64,000 nucleotides of DNA, from sequence record OM953433; one strand, given 5' to 3'. The DNA is from Shigella phage Henu11. Under the pieces are notes generated by a model that was not told where the DNA came from, searched no databases, and saw only the letters and a program-made list of their open reading frames with translations. The number at the start of each line of letters is the position of its first letter. The stretch's first letter is position 1. The translations under genes and the position numbers were made by a program. This document shows, piece by piece, positions 62,923-64,000 of this stretch.

Positions 62923-64000
62923 ATGGCAGATATCACAGAAACACAAGAAAGCCTTCCTCCATTCAGAATGGGTGAGGTTGGGAGTCTTGGCCTTAAAGTT
63001 CGCTCAGGAAGAATCTATGAAGAACCTAGACAGGCTTTAAGATTCCCAGAAAGTATTAAGACTTTCCAACTTATGATGAGAGACCCTTCAGTAGCAGCCT
63101 CTGTAAATATTATTAAGATGTTTGTCAGAAAGGTTAACTGGAGATTCGTACCACCGAAGGGAAAAGAGAAAGATGCCAAGATGATTGAAAGGGCTAATTT
63201 CTTTAACTCACTAATGAATGACATGGAGCACGATTGGGCTGACTTTATTAACTCTGTAATGTCATTCTGTACTTACGGTTTCTGTGTAAACGAGAAAGTT
63301 TATAAGAAACGTCAAGGCAAGAAAGGTAAGTACCCTTCAAAATATAATGATGGTTTAATTGGTTGGGCTAAATTACCAATCCGTAATCAGACTACATTAG
63401 ACAAATGGTACTTTGACTCTGACTATAGAAAAGTCATTGGTGTTAGACAGAACCTGCGTAATGTTTCCCATATTGCAGGAGCAATTAATCTTGGTGAACA
63501 ACCATTGACAAGAAAGCTTCCTAGAAGTAAATTCTTATTGTTCAAGTATGACGATGAATATGGTAACCCAGAGGGACGTTCACCATTACTTAATGCTTAT
63601 GTTCCTTGGAAATACAAAGTTCAAATTGAAGAGTTTGAAGCAGTTGGTGTTTCCAGAGACTTAGTAGGTATGCCAAAGATTGGTCTTCCACCTGATTACT
63701 TAGGTGAAGATGCAGAACCTGAAAAGAAAGCTTTTGTTAAATACTGCCAAGAAGTAGTAAATGATTTAATTGCTAATGACAGAGCAGGTTTAATTTGGCC
63801 TAGATTTATCGACCCAGAAACTAAAGAAGATATCTTTGAGTTCTCATTAGTTTCTCGACAGGGTGCTAAAGCTTATGATACAGGTTCTATCATTGATAGA
63901 TACTCTAAGCAAATTATGATGGCGTTTATGTCTGATGTTCTTGCTATGGGACAGTCAAAGTATGGCTCATTCTCTCTGGCAGATTCTAAGACAAGCTTAC
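62923..64000 (+). CDS. putative portal protein (3' partial, runs off window)
   Basis: open frame from ATG 62923 to window end with no stop; position directly after terminase large subunit. Confidence 0.5.
   Translation, partial: MADITETQESLPPFRMGEVGSLGLKVRSGRIYEEPRQALRFPESIKTFQLMMRDPSVAASVNIIKMFVRKVNWRFVPPKGKEKDAKMIERANFFNSLMNDMEHDWADFINSVMSFCTYGFCVNEKVYKKRQGKKGKYPSKYNDGLIGWAKLPIRNQTTLDKWYFDSDYRKVIGVRQNLRNVSHIAGAINLGEQPLTRKLPRSKFLLFKYDDEYGNPEGRSPLLNAYVPWKYKVQIEEFEAVGVSRDLVGMPKIGLPPDYLGEDAEPEKKAFVKYCQEVVNDLIANDRAGLIWPRFIDPETKEDIFEFSLVSRQGAKAYDTGSIIDRYSKQIMMAFMSDVLAMGQSKYGSFSLADSKTSL

Noticed and set aside
1-64000. Prophage or lysogeny module (integrase, repressor, att sites)
   Set aside because: No tyrosine/serine recombinase-like or CI-like ORF recognised; gene content is that of a virulent phage.

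Overview
This window looks like a 64-kb segment of a virulent, AT-rich tailed phage with a T7-type replisome, a large tRNA bank and auxiliary metabolism genes; nothing suggests lysogeny (no integrase or repressor recognised). All calls below come from reading the sequence and the supplied ORF track by eye; no searches or folding programs were run, so motif-based calls and hand-folded tRNAs need confirmation. Layout: (1) minus-strand block 210-5783 with ATP-dependent DNA ligase, small ORFs, an HNH homing endonuclease and a family A DNA polymerase; (2) plus-strand block 6043-36683 with dNMP kinase, primase-helicase, 5'-3' exonuclease, two more homing endonucleases, aerobic (NrdAB) and anaerobic (NrdDG) ribonucleotide reductases, an adjacent Prs-like/NAMPT-like pair, rIIA/rIIB-like genes and a macro-domain protein; (3) an array of about 17 small ORFs (37188-43807) separated by a reiterated hairpin-plus-leader cassette; (4) a 1.5-kb repeat-dense non-coding convergence region (43810-45400) with 11-bp phased repeats; (5) minus-strand block 45401-53044 including a GH24 endolysin; (6) plus-strand block with a vWA-domain protein, about 27 tRNA or tRNA-like genes (55464-60863) interspersed with a repeat family, an embedded HNH endonuclease, then terminase large subunit and a partial putative portal gene. 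The most interesting candidates are the Prs-like/NAMPT-like pair (possible NAD+ reconstitution counter-defence module), the cassette-separated small-gene array, the iteron-like region, and the vWA protein next to terminally self-complementary repeats that may be Y-RNA-like.
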